Assembly: GCA_051294905.1 (NCBI GenBank)
Contig: CM119371.1
Span: forward strand, 8,186,001 to 8,250,000
Length of the DNA: 64,000 bases
DNA from: Botryllus schlosseri
Taxonomy: Eukaryota
Direction: 5' to 3'
A program made the position numbers and the translations under genes. The notes below the pieces were generated by a model. The model had not been told where the DNA came from, made no database searches, and saw nothing but the letters and a program-made list of their open reading frames with translations. Shown one piece after another: positions 24,175-37,648 of the stretch; positions within the stretch are counted from its first letter, which is position 1, and the number at the start of each line of letters is the position of its first letter.

Positions 24175-25455
24175 CAGACCTGGGCAAAGTGCGGCACGCG
24201 AAGCTATTCTGTGCGGCATGCGAAAGGTTGCTTGGAATTCTAAACATGAAACTTGCTTTGTGAATGACTAAAACCATAGGCTGTATCAACTTAACATGAA
24301 AGTCGTTTACTTTGAAGCCTGTTCATTAATATGCCACGATTACGGTGCCTATACGTACCTCGCATGCGCACTCCAGATCCAAAATAAGGGCAAAGTGACA
24401 AACTATGAGTAGCAATTGAAGTCACAAGAAATCACTCCTTCCATATAGTTTAATTTAAACCTTATTTGTTGCCATTGTCACATTGCGTATTTTACGGTAT
24501 GTGTTTCAAATTGTTTCGTGATACGTTTCCAAATCCCTAATTCCTGAAACAAGTCAATCAGTGCCCGCGATTACTATATGACTCATCATATCTATCACCC
24601 ATAAATGGTTAACGGGCATGCCAAAAAAGCCGAAATCTGAAATTCAAAGAAGGTTTAGATTTATGAGCACTAAATATTTGGATTCAGGGGTGAACCCGTC
24701 ATTTTAGGTTTTGCCTGGCATCACGCATAGGTTAAGGATTTTAAATAGAGTAGGTCTCAAGGGAGGGCGAGGTTCAGAAAAAATGAAATCTTCGCTCAAT
24801 ATCAAGGCTATGTTTAAGCTGCACACTGCTCAGAAGGCAGCGACCAAGAACATAAGCTCTATTACATTGCATATACATTTCAATGTAGTGGTTCTCAAAC
24901 TGAAGGGGGCGTGAAAGCATCAGAAGGGGTGCGAAGCCTAAGTATACTGAATTTTTGTTTTTCGCGCGATAAACCCCCCAGCTTGTAGTTATTGCTCCGT
25001 GTATAGTCCGACTTTAATATTTCAGAACTCTCTCATCAACAGTCATAACCTTTCATACCATTAAACTATCAGTTAAGATTGCTAGCATTCTAGTTGCACA
25101 TTTTAATATTTGTGGTAACATGATAAGGAGGGGCGCAGAATTTTTCTTTATAATAGAGGGAGGCGTGCCTAAGAAAGTCTTAATAGAAGAACGTGCATAG
25201 GGGTTTAAAGAGAGCGAAAAATGCATCGGGTTTAACATTGTTTCGAATCATGACGGTAAAAAATATATATTCTTTAAATCAAACGTCACTTTCTCGTTAC
25301 CTAACATCAGCAGATTCGCTGAGCAGAATTTATTACCCATGTAATTTAGAAATAAAATTAAAATACGCCGGAGAGTAAAGCTAAAATTTTCCACTCGCCC
25401 CGCCAACGTTTTTCTACTTTTCATTTGACCAGAGGAAAATAATTGCCCACCCCTG
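24175..25455. mobile_element. hAT (Charlie-like) MITE with nested fragments
   Basis: cagacctgggcaa/ttgcccacccctg; perfect TSD CTCTAGAC. Confidence 0.85.
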
Positions 25456-25860
25456 CTCTAGACTTCAAGGCGTTGAGATGAGAACTGGAATGCTTTCTTT
25501 GTGCCCACTTGGTGCCATACCAAAACTTCATATGCTTTCACCAGTGTCTTAGATGGTGTGAACACAGCGAGATTGAACGGCTCACTGCATTTGATTAAGT
25601 CATACTTTCCATTTGTCCAAAGGCAAATTAACGACCGTTTTGACCGGCTTGCTGAGCGCTAAATATGATAAAGCGGGTATTAATGGAAAGCTGCTGCTGC
25701 ACTGATAACGTAAATATAAATTGTATAATGCTCTTGGATTTGGAACCCCACAAAATCAGCTTCGAAATTTGCATTGTGATCGAGTTTGACATTGTGACGC
25801 AACAAGACTGTCTGGCAAAACGAGACTGTAGCTCAGGAGAAAGAGCCAGACAGTCTATTG

Positions 25861-26394
25861 CAGGGGCGGGCAAACTAAGACTCGCGGGCCGCATGCGGCC
25901 CGCGACACCGTTTTGTGCGGCCCGCCAAAGGCCCAAGAATCGTATATAGAAAAAATGCGCAGTAAAAATCTAATTGCTGAAGGGACTCGATTAAACTTTG
26001 TCTCATTATATTTCACCATGATAATTATAAGTTATATTCTAACTAGTATATTTTTATTTCATTGCTGGTGCGACAGCCCGACCTCCAGGCCCACGTATTT
26101 CAAAAGGTTACAATTGCTAAACATTACAGAAAGTCAAAATACGAATGACTTTCGGATCAAGAGTGTAATTTTACATTGGCCATTCCAGCAAGTTTATTAC
26201 TTTTAGTGCTGCACTTGGAAAAACCGATTCGTACGTGTGGTAGGTAGATTTGTTCTAAAGTTTGAGAACAACTGCTATATGATTAAATAACAATATTGCC
26301 TTTTGGCTGATAATCTCAATTTAATATAGTGCGGCCCGCGAATGAATTTGAATGTCGAATGTGGCCCGCGAGCCCAAAAGTTTGCCCACCCCTG
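25861..26394. mobile_element. hAT (Charlie-like) MITE, GCGGCCCGC family
   Basis: caggggcgggcaaact/agtttgcccacccctg; perfect TSD GTCTATTG. Confidence 0.92.
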
Positions 26395-29059
26395 GTCTAT
26401 TGGCAGGCCTTGTTATTTTTGGCATATACCAAAAATAGCTTGTTTTTGGCTTTTTCAATTTTTTATTTTTGGCAGTTTCGGCATCTGGATCCTAAAATTC
26501 CAAAAATTACACGGCCTTCTCATAGGCTACTTCTAAAATTCAATTTCACTTGGATTGTGACTTGACTCGTGACTTGGCTTGACTTGATTTGACTCGAGTC
26601 AAAATGTGAGAGGACTCGTGACTCTAAGGTAGTGACTCGATCCCAACACTGTTGTCGACACCAAGGAAAATGCGAACGCAGTTTTTGATCGGGGACGTGG
26701 ATCGTTTTCGCTCTCGAGGAATCCGTAGTGCAATCTAGTTAATATTCCCGAGACTCAGCGCGGAAATTAGCGCCAGTGGCGCCCACTGCTGTAACGCAGC
26801 CGAACTCGGATTCAATGGGGTGTTAGTTGCTAGGATAGATATAGTTTTGTGGTAAGGGGAAGAAACCATGCTTAGTGCTCTGAATGCCTGAGTGAATGAA
26901 CTCAACAACTTATGGGTAAATGACGAAAGCAAATGGTGGAACGTTGCAATAATCAGTAGGCCTACCTAAGAAGTAGTTATATGACATGTTGTGCACATCA
27001 ATTACAAAGCAAAGAATACTGATGTAATCATTGTTCAAGCACGCATTGCCGGCAGCAACGTTGGAATCTAAGCAAAACTAAAGTTTGTTGTACGTTTTTG
27101 TATACTACAGGAACAAGTGACGAGAATGAAAAATATAATTTTTCAGCACATTTAGTTTTAACAAAAGTTGATATCAATTTTCGAATTTACGAATGATGTT
27201 AAACAAATTTTGAAATTGATTAACATAGGACTGCCATATACAACGTTTAAGCTTGAAGTTAAAATTAGAATATCGCCAACAGGTTGATGTGCTGACCATC
27301 CCACTAAAAGATGAAATTATTTCAAGCACTTTCCTGATGGGATTGGCTGAACACAATCAGTGCATCAATGGTATAAGATAGATAGGCTTTACGTTCCACA
27401 AACCATATAAGTACGATTACGCTAAAATATCAATATCAAAGGTTTCCACCAATGTGCAGCGGTATATTTTGACTAGGGTTTACCGCGGCCGACCTTTCTG
27501 GCTCGTGGTGCCGCATGTAAGCTGAAACTTTATGTTACTGCAATGCAATGGACGACACCGAAATGCCTTTGCCTATCAGTCCCTTACCCGCAGGTTGCAC
27601 AGCTCCAGGTTAAAGCGTCCCAATGCTCCCCGGTTTTGTCAAGCGATACCAGAGCACATCGATCTTTAAAATTGCGAATTAAGTTAGATTCATGTCCGAA
27701 AAGTAATCTATTCTTATTTTTCATGAATGAAGAGGGGGTTTGGGGGTACGCCAATATCAAAATTAGTAAATGTAGCAAAGCGCAAAGTAAAACGTTAAGT
27801 TTATTTATTCGGCCCCAATTACTCTCCCTCTTTCGATATTGCTTCCGTTACTAAGGGTTCGAAGTGTGACAGTTTCGGGACACTCTTCATTTCCTCTACC
27901 CAGTGTTGCTCGTATAAGTATAAGCTTTCCAGGGAAAAAAATTCAGGCGAATCCGACAATGAAATCAAACCGATTTCTGTAACACAATGAGCAACACATC
28001 TTTAATAACAAGCCATTATCATGATAACTTTTCTGACCGTATCACTCATTTCAACTAACACAAACACATCAGAATCACTACCGGTCTCGGCTCAAACTTA
28101 AACTCTTCGTGACTCATGTTTGGATCACGACCCGTTACTCAAGAACCCGTAGTATAGCATTCCAAAATGATCAACACGGAATGTCACAATCAAACATCGA
28201 AAACATCATTATTCTTTGCTCTCTTATAGCTGCGTGTAAAATAGTACATTCACGCATTTTTGATGTTCTTTATTAATAATGCTGCTTTTATGTTTATTTC
28301 TAATTGGCGATTTTTCACTGGACCAAGACTCACCAGTCTTTAATCCAGTGGCTTCCAACCTTTTGGCTTTTGCGGACCTTCTTTGGTCGTCACAGACCCT
28401 CATGGAGCCCTCTCCCCACGTTTAAGTTCGAAGTTCGCTCAATCATCGTGTAACCGTCATCTGGGTGTGAAGATATTAACCGTAGACTTGGTGATAATGA
28501 TTCTGCAATGTTGAGCGAGCCCATGATACTTCATCTGGGGATGACCATGAAAATTCTTCACTTCGATAAATTTGAAATCGGATGTGTTCATCAATTTTGG
28601 ATTAGGTTTTGGTGGCCCATTAATTAGTTTTGGCCAATTGTCCTATCAATACCAAATTAGGAGTTCCAAGACGTAATCCTATACACGTATGTAGGGTAGG
28701 GTTGTTTAGAATAAGTATTCAATATTCAGTGGTATTCAGTCCGTTTCCTATTCCTTATGCATTAACAACGTGTTCTAGCTACTTTTTTCTGTAACTCATC
28801 CCTTGCATCTGTGCAGTGGTCTAGCAGCCACTTGGCGGTTATGGCTCTACGCCAGGAGCGGCAGGCTCCAAGTAGGCGGCAAAATGAGGCTTCACAGTGT
28901 ACACAGCCGGCTAAAAGCAGCGTAATTAGTGGTCCTAGAGCTGGTGACCAAACTGCTCTCAATCGAAAGCTATTGTCGCACTGATTCCGAAATCACAAAT
29001 CAAAACGTGAGCATGGCAATGGAACCACTCCGAAATAGCTGCAAATGGCGATTCTTCCG

Positions 29060-30560
29060 AACATTAGCAATTTTATCAGTCAATACACCACAAAATGCGA
29101 TACAAAGAAAAGATAGGAAGGTGTCGCAGCGACTTGGAGTAGTCTATGTAATCAGACACCCACCTTGGCCTAGGCGATGTAAAGAGGAGGCATGCACACC
29201 GAATGAAAAGTAAAGAAGATAGTATAGAAAAAAGCAAACGACAAAAAAGGGGTGGGTGGCATGTCATGGAAGGCGAGATCGATAGATCAGTCGTGGTCAG
29301 GCAATCTTGAGGATGGACAAGTATTTATTTAGTAGTAATTGCTTGTATTTCGACTTCAATGTGGACAGGCTCGTCGACTGTCGGATGGCCGACGGGATAC
29401 TGTTCCACACATCAGGTCCGGCAGATTTGGAGCGATGATCTTTTCGATCGATCATATGATATTTGGACGACGTGGACGCGCGCTTTTGATTCAGAGGTAA
29501 AAAGTCATTGGAATATTCGGGGCAACGACCGCAGTGGAACTGATACATAAAGTTAGCGATTTCTAGTTTCCGCACATCTTCTATGTTTAGGACACCGAAT
29601 CTCTTCAGCAGCGACTTGTTGGATGGACAACCAGGCCCCTGTGGGGCTCTAGCTATGATACGGAGTACCTTATGTTGTAGTTTTTGCACTGGATCGAGTG
29701 CCAATTTATTGGCAGCCCCTCAACAAAGGATGCCATATTGTATCTTCGATTGGATTAAGGATTTAAAGAGTATCAGAATAACCCTGGCTTGCATGAAGCG
29801 TCCAAGGCTGTAGAACAGGCGCACTTCGGTGATAGTTTAGTGTCTAGGGACAGAATATGACTCTTCCAGGACATGTTCGAGTCCAGTAAAACCCCGAGAA
29901 ATTTGGCATTATCGGTGTTGGAAACAGGCTGACCAGCGACGTTAACGGTTAGGTTATTTTTTGAATTTACTATCAGCAATTGGGATTTCGAGTCGTTTAT
30001 GCCAAGGTTATTTTGGGCAGTCCACTCGTGCACTTTGGGCATTTGGTCACCAGTCAAGGCATCCAGCTCTGCCGTTGAAGATGCAGAAGAGAGGAGGTGA
30101 GTATCATCAGCGAACAGTGTGGTGTTCAATGAAGAGGTTTCAAAGAGGTCGTTGACATATAAGGTGAAAAGGGCCGGTCCAAGTACTGAGCCTTGGGGTA
30201 CACCACAGGTTACCAGGTGAGGAGAGGACAAGGTGTTTGAGATTGCAATTGCAATTGGAAATGAGATGCACGGTGCGATTCCTGAAACGTCGAAATCTTT
30301 CTCGTTCATTTTCTGGGCAGTTCTTGGTGTTTATTCGGTTATGCCACCGGTTTCGTTTACGGATAAGTTGAATCAACTTTGTGGTCATCCACATATTTCG
30401 CTTCAATTTTTGTTTACTTCTCAATATGCGCTGCAGAGGTGCAAATTGTTCCAGCAGTGATTTGATAGCAGACCTAAACTCTACATATTGTTCGTCAAAG
30501 TTGCTTATCGAGAGGGTCCTGGGTGTTAAACTGTCCAGTCCTAGGCACGTTCAAGTTGGT
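29060..30560 (-). mobile_element. CR1/L2-group LINE remnant (reverse transcriptase and 3' UTR, internally deleted)
   Basis: GVPQGSVLGPALFTLYVNDL..LFADDT..KFLGVLLDSNMSWKSHI; C-terminal LQHKVLRIIA..GPDVWNSIP; upstream WMTTKLIQLIRKRNR joined directly to the late RT region, so the early RT is missing. Confidence 0.9.
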
Positions 30561-32210
30561 AATAATTGTCAACGTTTAAATGACAGATTGTGCTTACATT
30601 TATGCAAGTGTTAATTTAGACTCGATAATGACACGTGTAAAAGAGAGTGCAGCTTTTTCTTTGAAAGAAAAAGAAAGCAAGACAAGCTGAAATAAAAAAA
30701 AAACAAGAGGCGGCCATGTTAAAATTTGTAACCTCTTCATGTTCAAATGCCAAAGAACGATTCAACTGAAAATTTAGACAATAACGCTGTGCTACTGAAT
30801 AGATCAGCTTATCTCAGAAACGGGAAAAACAGGGTTAACCGATTAACCAAAAGTACTAGTCCTACCAATGAAATCAATTTTGCATCGCCAGCTGCATATG
30901 CAGACGAAAGTCAAAATAACGACTAAGCAGCTGCAGTAGTAAACAATTGACCCAATGATGTGGCCTCTTGGTCTGGAGCAATATAAAACATTTGAGACGC
31001 GGCATATTATTAGTAATTATATTTGGTGAAGATTGCTTGAAAATCAAACTGCCGAAATTTGCTGCGGTCTGCTTAAGGGGGGGGGGGGGGGGCGTCATTT
31101 TCAACGAAAGCCATGGGCGGCAGCACATGCTGCTACGCCACTGCATCCGAGCGCATGTGCATGTTGAGTTGGAAGAATATCGGCTGAAAATGAGGTATTC
31201 CCCTAAAATTTGAGTGCCGAGATTTTACCTAGCTTTCTGAAATGCTTTATAGGCTATGCCAGGGTTTAAAAAGCTGTTGTGGTTTAGGGTGATGCAAAAA
31301 CCTAACTGGAGATATTTTTCCGAGTTGGGGACACCATTTTCATATTGCACACTGCTGTTAAAATCCTTACCTAAAACTTTGCATAATTCTGCACGATGCA
31401 CCACGTATAAGAATATACCTGTAAATGCACCATCCAATTGCAGAGCGACATTGCAAATGTATTGTTATTCAATGGAACTTGTGAATACAACGGGGAAATG
31501 GATAATGAAGCGAAACTGTGACAAAGCAAATCTCTCAGTCGGTGATTTTTATTGTCACGTTTTTGCCTTTTTGGTTCTGCTTTTCAATCGGTCAACTATA
31601 TCTCCCAAAACAACGTTGGCTAATTTTGTAGAGTTTTTTATGCTGATTCTAATATTATGCATACTGCCTTCGAAAATTAAGTGTTTTTTGAGATATCTCA
31701 GCTCAAACTGGCGACTTCTGAGAAACTGCTGTAAAATCAGCACCCGTGACGATGACGTGCAACCAGGAGGTTTTGTCGATACATGGAAAACTGGATGGGA
31801 TGTCTCAGTCAGACTCTAGTCACCTTTTTCGTATGACTTTACTGGAATCGAATCACTTTGCAAAAAGACTTGACTTGACTCGGCGGATCAAAAATGTGGA
31901 TTGACTCGTGACTCGGAGCAAAATTCATAAGTTAATTCCAAGTCATCAAATAGTCGATGTCGATAAAAATCACTATATCTTGCATATGGTCGGATTGTTC
32001 GCGAAACGCTTGTGTACCCCGTGAGAGCGACCCATCATTCAATGATCGTGCGTTTTACTGAGCCTCCATTGTTCTCTTACGAATAGATTGACAACAAACG
32101 TAGTGATCGAAGCTTACAGCTTGAATTGTCGTAAACTAGTAGTGAATTAGGATAATAGCAAAATATGTACCATAAGTTTTATTGTAATTGAATTCGAATA
32201 TAGTTTTTGT

Positions 32211-32624
32211 TAGGGTTACCATATTTTGAGATCCGAAAAATAGGACAATTTTTAAAAATTCCTAAAGCTCCAGCACAGGACAAGATAACTGGTGATTTTG
32301 AAACTTTTCGACCCATGGCAGTGTGTTGACTGAGAAAAAAAGGCCATCACTTCGGTCTGACTCCCGAATTACCCGCTTTTAAATAATGTGTGGTGTTGAC
32401 TAAAAAACGGACATCATTTGACTCGACTGCTGTTTTGCCCGATTTTATACGAAACTCTGACGTTCTGACGTCGTATTCGGCTTTTTGATCGCATTTTAAA
32501 CCTTTTTCACTAAAAAGAGGTCAAATCCCAAAAAATGAGGACATTTAAGCGTATTCCGAGGACACATTCAATTTATTGAAAAAGGTGGACAAATCCTCTT
32601 AAAAGAGGACTTAGGGTAACCGTA
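32211..32624. mobile_element. hAT MITE (TAGGGTTACC family)
   Basis: tagggttacc/ggtaaccgta; TSD gtttttgt/gtttatat; interior is related to the reverse complement of 3175-3605. Confidence 0.8.
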
Positions 32625-32833
32625 GTTTATATAGGCCTACTCATCAACCATTGGCGCAGACTCGAATTCTATCAAATGAGTATCTAAGTGGGTAAAGTTT
32701 TGCATCTTATCGATTCGTTTCTTTATTCTCTATTTAGGCTGGTAACTATAAACAGAGGCTATGCAATTACATACGTAGTATAACAGTTCTACGTATATGT
32801 GAACGATACAGCGCCTTCTTGCGTGTATACTTA

Positions 32834-33605
32834 AGCCTGGAATAGACGATCCGTACGGAGCGCATGCGTTTAGTGGGATTGGTGAGATAGTGAGATTGCG
32901 TCATCGTAAGGGTAGTAAACAACTTGCGCTCAGCCGTGACTTTCACGTATCGATGATCATCACCTGCACAGTACACAGTTGGGATTGTTGGGAATATTCA
33001 CAAATGTTTATTGAGCCTGACATTATTGTCGCTTTGGTGTTTGAGATTAAGGGTATGTTGGTTTAGATTTAGAAGTATGCTCCGTTCCAAAAAAGTGGTT
33101 AAAATCTCAAGCCTTAGGAAGAACAATGCTAAACTTTTAGGTGTTCTTGCTGACTTTATGTCTTCCCCCGTTGGATTCTGAATGTTGATGTGTACAATGC
33201 CGAGCATGGAAAGACTCCTCATACTTTACATATCTTCAAGTCCATATCACAGAACAATATCACGCCAAATTGTGTTCATGGCTACCTTGTTATAGTAGTC
33301 TGGATTGGTGTGATTGTACAGCTCTATACACAGCGGCAATTAGATTCTCGTCTTCTATATTATTCATTTTGTTTTGCAACTGAAATTAGCATAAAATCGC
33401 ATGATTAATCACTGCAACTTCAGAAAGTGCGATGTCCGATCACTACAGACCTTCCAACGCAGCTGAGCGGATGGAAAATACGCATGAAAGCTCTTTCTGC
33501 TCCTCATTTTTTCCTCGTCCCTCTTCTCTCTCGCACGCATCCGTTTGAGAATGGAAATAAGGAGAGAAAGAGACGGACGCGTTTACGCATCGTCTATTCC
33601 AGGCT
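32834..33605. mobile_element. PIF/Harbinger-type MITE carrying a decayed LINE fragment
   Basis: TIRs agcctggaatagacgat/atcgtctattccaggct flanked by TTA on both sides. Confidence 0.75.
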
Positions 33606-34342
33606 TTAGATCTATTTTCGTTCATTGTATCAAAATAGCTATGTTCTTGATCTTGCTTGAATAATAACTCATACGACGAGTTTGCAATATGAAATCAGTA
33701 TATTTTCAGCAGAATAACTGTAATACAGGCAACACGATCCAGAGTGCATTTAAACGAAAAACGAGTATACAGCAGAACACAGGGTATAAATACGAAGCTC
33801 GGCCCACGAGGAAATAATGATTGGCGGTAATTACTAATCCTAGATAAATAAGATAGAAACGAAACCCACGTAAAATGCACGAACACAACAAAAATCCATG
33901 ACTACTGAATCTGTATTTCGGACAGCCACCAAAATGCAATGACGTAATCATGCCTCATTCTGCGAAAAGGCAACTTGACAGGAATTGTGACTTGAATCAA
34001 GTCGCCATACGGAAATCGATTGTCTTGACTGGACTCAAGTCAAAATGTGGAATGACTCGAAATGATGTGTGATTCTAATGTATTGACTTGATCCTTACGC
34101 TGAGTAAGACACGAACTTACTTTAGTTATTCTCTTTCTCTTGAAGTAGTTTTGACATATATTAGAAATTAGAACTTGGAATTGTAAATGATTAGAAATGT
34201 GAAGAGTTACTTTAGTTGAGCATCAACGCTGATCAATTCGAACCCCTCTGGTTCATAGTAAAATATTACGGTAGATCAGAAACCGGCATGAAAAATGTAA
34301 TGGCTGTTATAATCAGAACTTCTGAGATAGTGTACCGATGGT

Positions 34343-34633
34343 ACCGAGCGAGATAGTGAAATGGTTATGCGTCCGGCTTCTCGAGCGGTAGGTCGTGGGT
34401 TCGATCCCCGGCCGGGTCATACCAAAGACTCGAAAAATGGTATCCGCAGCTATCCTGCTAGGCGCTCAGCAATCACGGATAGCATGGAGGAGAAAAAAAA
34501 CGGGGGCGCAGACTCGATGACCTCATGGGGACGTATCGCAACTCCGTCGCCAAAGCATCTCGATGGTGCAGGCGAGAAAGAATATCATATCTCTTTCTCT
34601 GAGGCGCTTAATCATACGAAACACAAACACAAA
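34343..34633 (+). mobile_element. tRNA-derived SINE with a Meta-like central domain (MetaSINE)
   Basis: A box TAGTGAAATGG, B box GGGTTCGATCCC, then gggtcataccaaagactcgaaaaatggtatcc..cctgctaggcgctcagca (matches my recollection of the Meta domain); (aaacac)n tail. Confidence 0.75.
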
Positions 34634-34966
34634 GTCCCGAAACCATTTGAAAACCTCAGTGTAACTTAATCAAGAGTCATTTTTGGTTCTTATATAGACG
34701 ACGCCCTTTATATTATAACGATAACCCAAAAACCATTCAGAAGAAAAATAGTTTCGCCTGTGGGGTATACACTGTCGGTAGACATTTCAAACGAGAGCCA
34801 CCTAAAATAAATAAACAATTGATAATAAATATGTAATAATTTTACAAGGCAAGTAAACATCTCAGGAGTACAAAATGTTGAACAAACCTTCCAAAGTTGT
34901 CTCTACTTGGTGCTTCTCGGGACGTCTTGGTGTTGTGGGAAATTTTACGGTGTTGATCCCGTAACA

Positions 34967-35764
34967 CAGGGGCGGGCAACTTCTACAATCGGCTGATGGC
35001 CGGATATAGAAAAATTAAGTACTTGACGGGCTGGGTTGCTGAATCGATACATTCTTCGCCCATTTATCCACATATACTAGGAATAAATCGTATTTAATTA
35101 ATGTATTTCAACAACAGCAATGTCAGTTCAAAGGCATTTCTCGCCGATAATGACGACGATATAATGTGGATTTGAGAACATCATTGTCATACAGGCGCCG
35201 ACATGTCTGCTTCTCTCTGATCATAGTGTCCTATATGGTGTGGACACAAGCAAATCTCGCGACTCACTGAAATTAGTCTACGTCACACTTTCCATTTGAT
35301 CAAAGGCAATTTGACGGTAGTTTTTGGCCGACTTGCCGAGCATTAAATTTGATAAGACGGGTATCAATCGAAAGCTACCGCGGTGCTGGTTGCGAAAATA
35401 TGAATTTTATTCTGCTTGTGGTCCTGGAACCCCCGCAAAATCAGCCTCAAATGTTGCATTGTAACGTAGTTTGGTATTGTGACGCAGCGATGCCGTCTGA
35501 GCAGCTCAGGAGCAAGCGCGCACGAGAGTAAGAGCGTGAATGCTCAATCAAGGGCCAATAAGCTTGCGGTTTACTCTGCTCCTCACTTGATCCCAGACGG
35601 CATGGTTGTATCACAATACCAAACTCCGTTACAATGAAACATCCGAAGCTGATTTTGGGGGGAATAGCGTAGTGTAGCGGGGAATCTCGGCAGACTGTCG
35701 CCGCGGGCCACATTATCATATAAGATGGAAAACTGTCCGCGGGCCATATTGTTGCCCGCCCCTG
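34967..35764. mobile_element. hAT MITE
   Basis: caggggcgggcaac/gttgcccgcccctg; perfect TSD CCGTAACA. Confidence 0.9.
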
Positions 35765-36231
35765 CCGTAACACTATATCCTGCATATTCTTAGCATGGGA
35801 TTCTGTTTCCTTTGCTTAGCTGTTTCAACACAGCTCTTGTACATTAAATTGATGTGATATAGTACTAGCTAGTCATTTATTTTTGACTTACCAACTGTGA
35901 CTTATTGATTTCAGGAATGATATTGGTATGCTTTGATGAGCTGCTGCTCATTTGAGAAGAAAGAGATGGAACTAGTTAGCTTGAAAGTTACATTTAAGAG
36001 TCTCAAAGAAGACGTCACACAGTTCTTGCATCCAAGTGCCACCTTAATATAAGGTGAACAGCGGACATCCAGGCACCATCTGTATATGTACTGGTGTAAT
36101 TGCCTGCATTTAACCAAGCATGACATTACTGCTACCTTTGCTCATTTATATTTGTACTTAAGAAACCTGTAAATAAGTGATATTGCTGACATCAGCTACG
36201 CAGTTTTTACATTCTGTATTTGTCAGTATCG

Positions 36232-36539
36232 TAGGGTTACCATATGTCCTCTTTTAAAGTGTCCTAGCAGAATGCCCAAATGTCATGTCCACTTTTTGAA
36301 AATTTTGAGTAAATGTATGTTAAAATTGAACTGCGATAAAGGAAATCAGTGCTCAAGTACCGGTTAGGTGGGTCTTACGGAATATTCATAGAAACTGTGT
36401 AATTCGGAAGTTTAGTCGAAAATATTACCTTTTTTTACAGTCAACAAACTGCAAACTCGTAATATGTTCACCAATTATACCGGATGTTACTGCTGTATTC
36501 TAAGTCCTCTTTTCAGATTCCCAAAATATGGTAACCCTA
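36232..36539. mobile_element. hAT MITE (TAGGGTTACCATA family)
   Basis: tagggttaccata/tatggtaacccta; TSD CAGTATCG, with the right copy displaced to 37654-37661 by the next insertion. Confidence 0.88.
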
Positions 36540-36542
36540 CAG

Positions 36543-37648
36543 CAGGGGTGGGCAAACTTTTGAGCTCGCGGGTCGCATTGAACATCTGAATCCATTCGCG
36601 GGCCGCATTATATAAAATTGGGATTATTAACCAAAACGCAATATTGATATTTGATTATATAGTGAGGAAAAGGAGATAATATACGTAAGTGCTTATTTAA
36701 AACAAGCAAAACATTGCTTTGATGATATCGTACACGCGTCAGAAACATATAGTGGCGAGATTTCATAGGCTGGCGGACCTCAATAACCAATTTGTCAAAA
36801 TTATAGAGATGAAAGTCGGTTGGCCCGATTCTTAGAACAGGATGGAAATTTAAATCTGTGAGCAGCGATATGTACATATATTTACTAATTCTACTTTTGT
36901 TTCAGTTCCAGGACACACAATGCTGACAGCATCATAACCATGTTAGCTTCAAACACGCTTCTACTATGTGTAGATAAAATATAAATACCCCTATTCTACG
37001 CATACAAACGAATCTACCTAAGACACGCCCGACTCGTTTTTTATAAGCACAAGACTGAAATAATTTGAAATGGAGTGGCCAATCTGAAATCCCACTCGTG
37101 ATCCAAATTATGTCAATCTCGTTGCAGCTATCCCGCTTTGATATAAAGTATTTATCTTACATCAGTGATTCTTAAACGTTTCAAGACACGCCCCCCTCTT
37201 ATGATGGTAAAAGATTTCGCGGCCCCTTATCGTCATATCACAAAACGCAACCAGGATGCTAGCAAAACTAACGGGTAGTTTGATGTCATGGAAGGTGACG
37301 ACTGTGGATGAGATATTTTTAAATATGTAATGGAGACTAAATACAGAGCAATAACTTTAAAATGTATATAAATCGCGCGTAGCGCGAAAAAATTTTTCAG
37401 TTGCGCTCAGCTTCGCTTCAGATCCTTTCACGCCCCCAAGGGAGGCGTGCCCCCCAGTTTGAGGACCACTGTCTTAGAATAATCATGGTGAAATATACCA
37501 AGAAATAGTTAATTAAGTCCCTGCATTAATTCGATTTTTAGTACGCATTTTATAAATATTTAAAAATAGTTTCTTTAGACTCTCGCGGGCCGCAAGAACG
37601 GTGTTGCGGGCCGCATGCGGCCCGCGGGCCATAGTTTGCCCACCCCTG
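36543..37648. mobile_element. hAT (Charlie-like) MITE containing a third MITE at 37163-37471
   Basis: caggggtgggcaaact/agtttgcccacccctg; perfect TSD CCCTACAG; inner cagtgattctt...aggaccactg with TSD tcttacat/tcttagaa. Confidence 0.9.

Noticed and set aside
31256..31819. 187-aa ORF
   Set aside because: No domain pattern; it lies in repeat-like sequence and has a composition typical of non-coding AT-rich DNA.
34343..34415. Functional tRNA gene (likewise 4490-4560 and 12301-12370)
   Set aside because: No properly paired acceptor stem; the sequence runs on into a SINE body.
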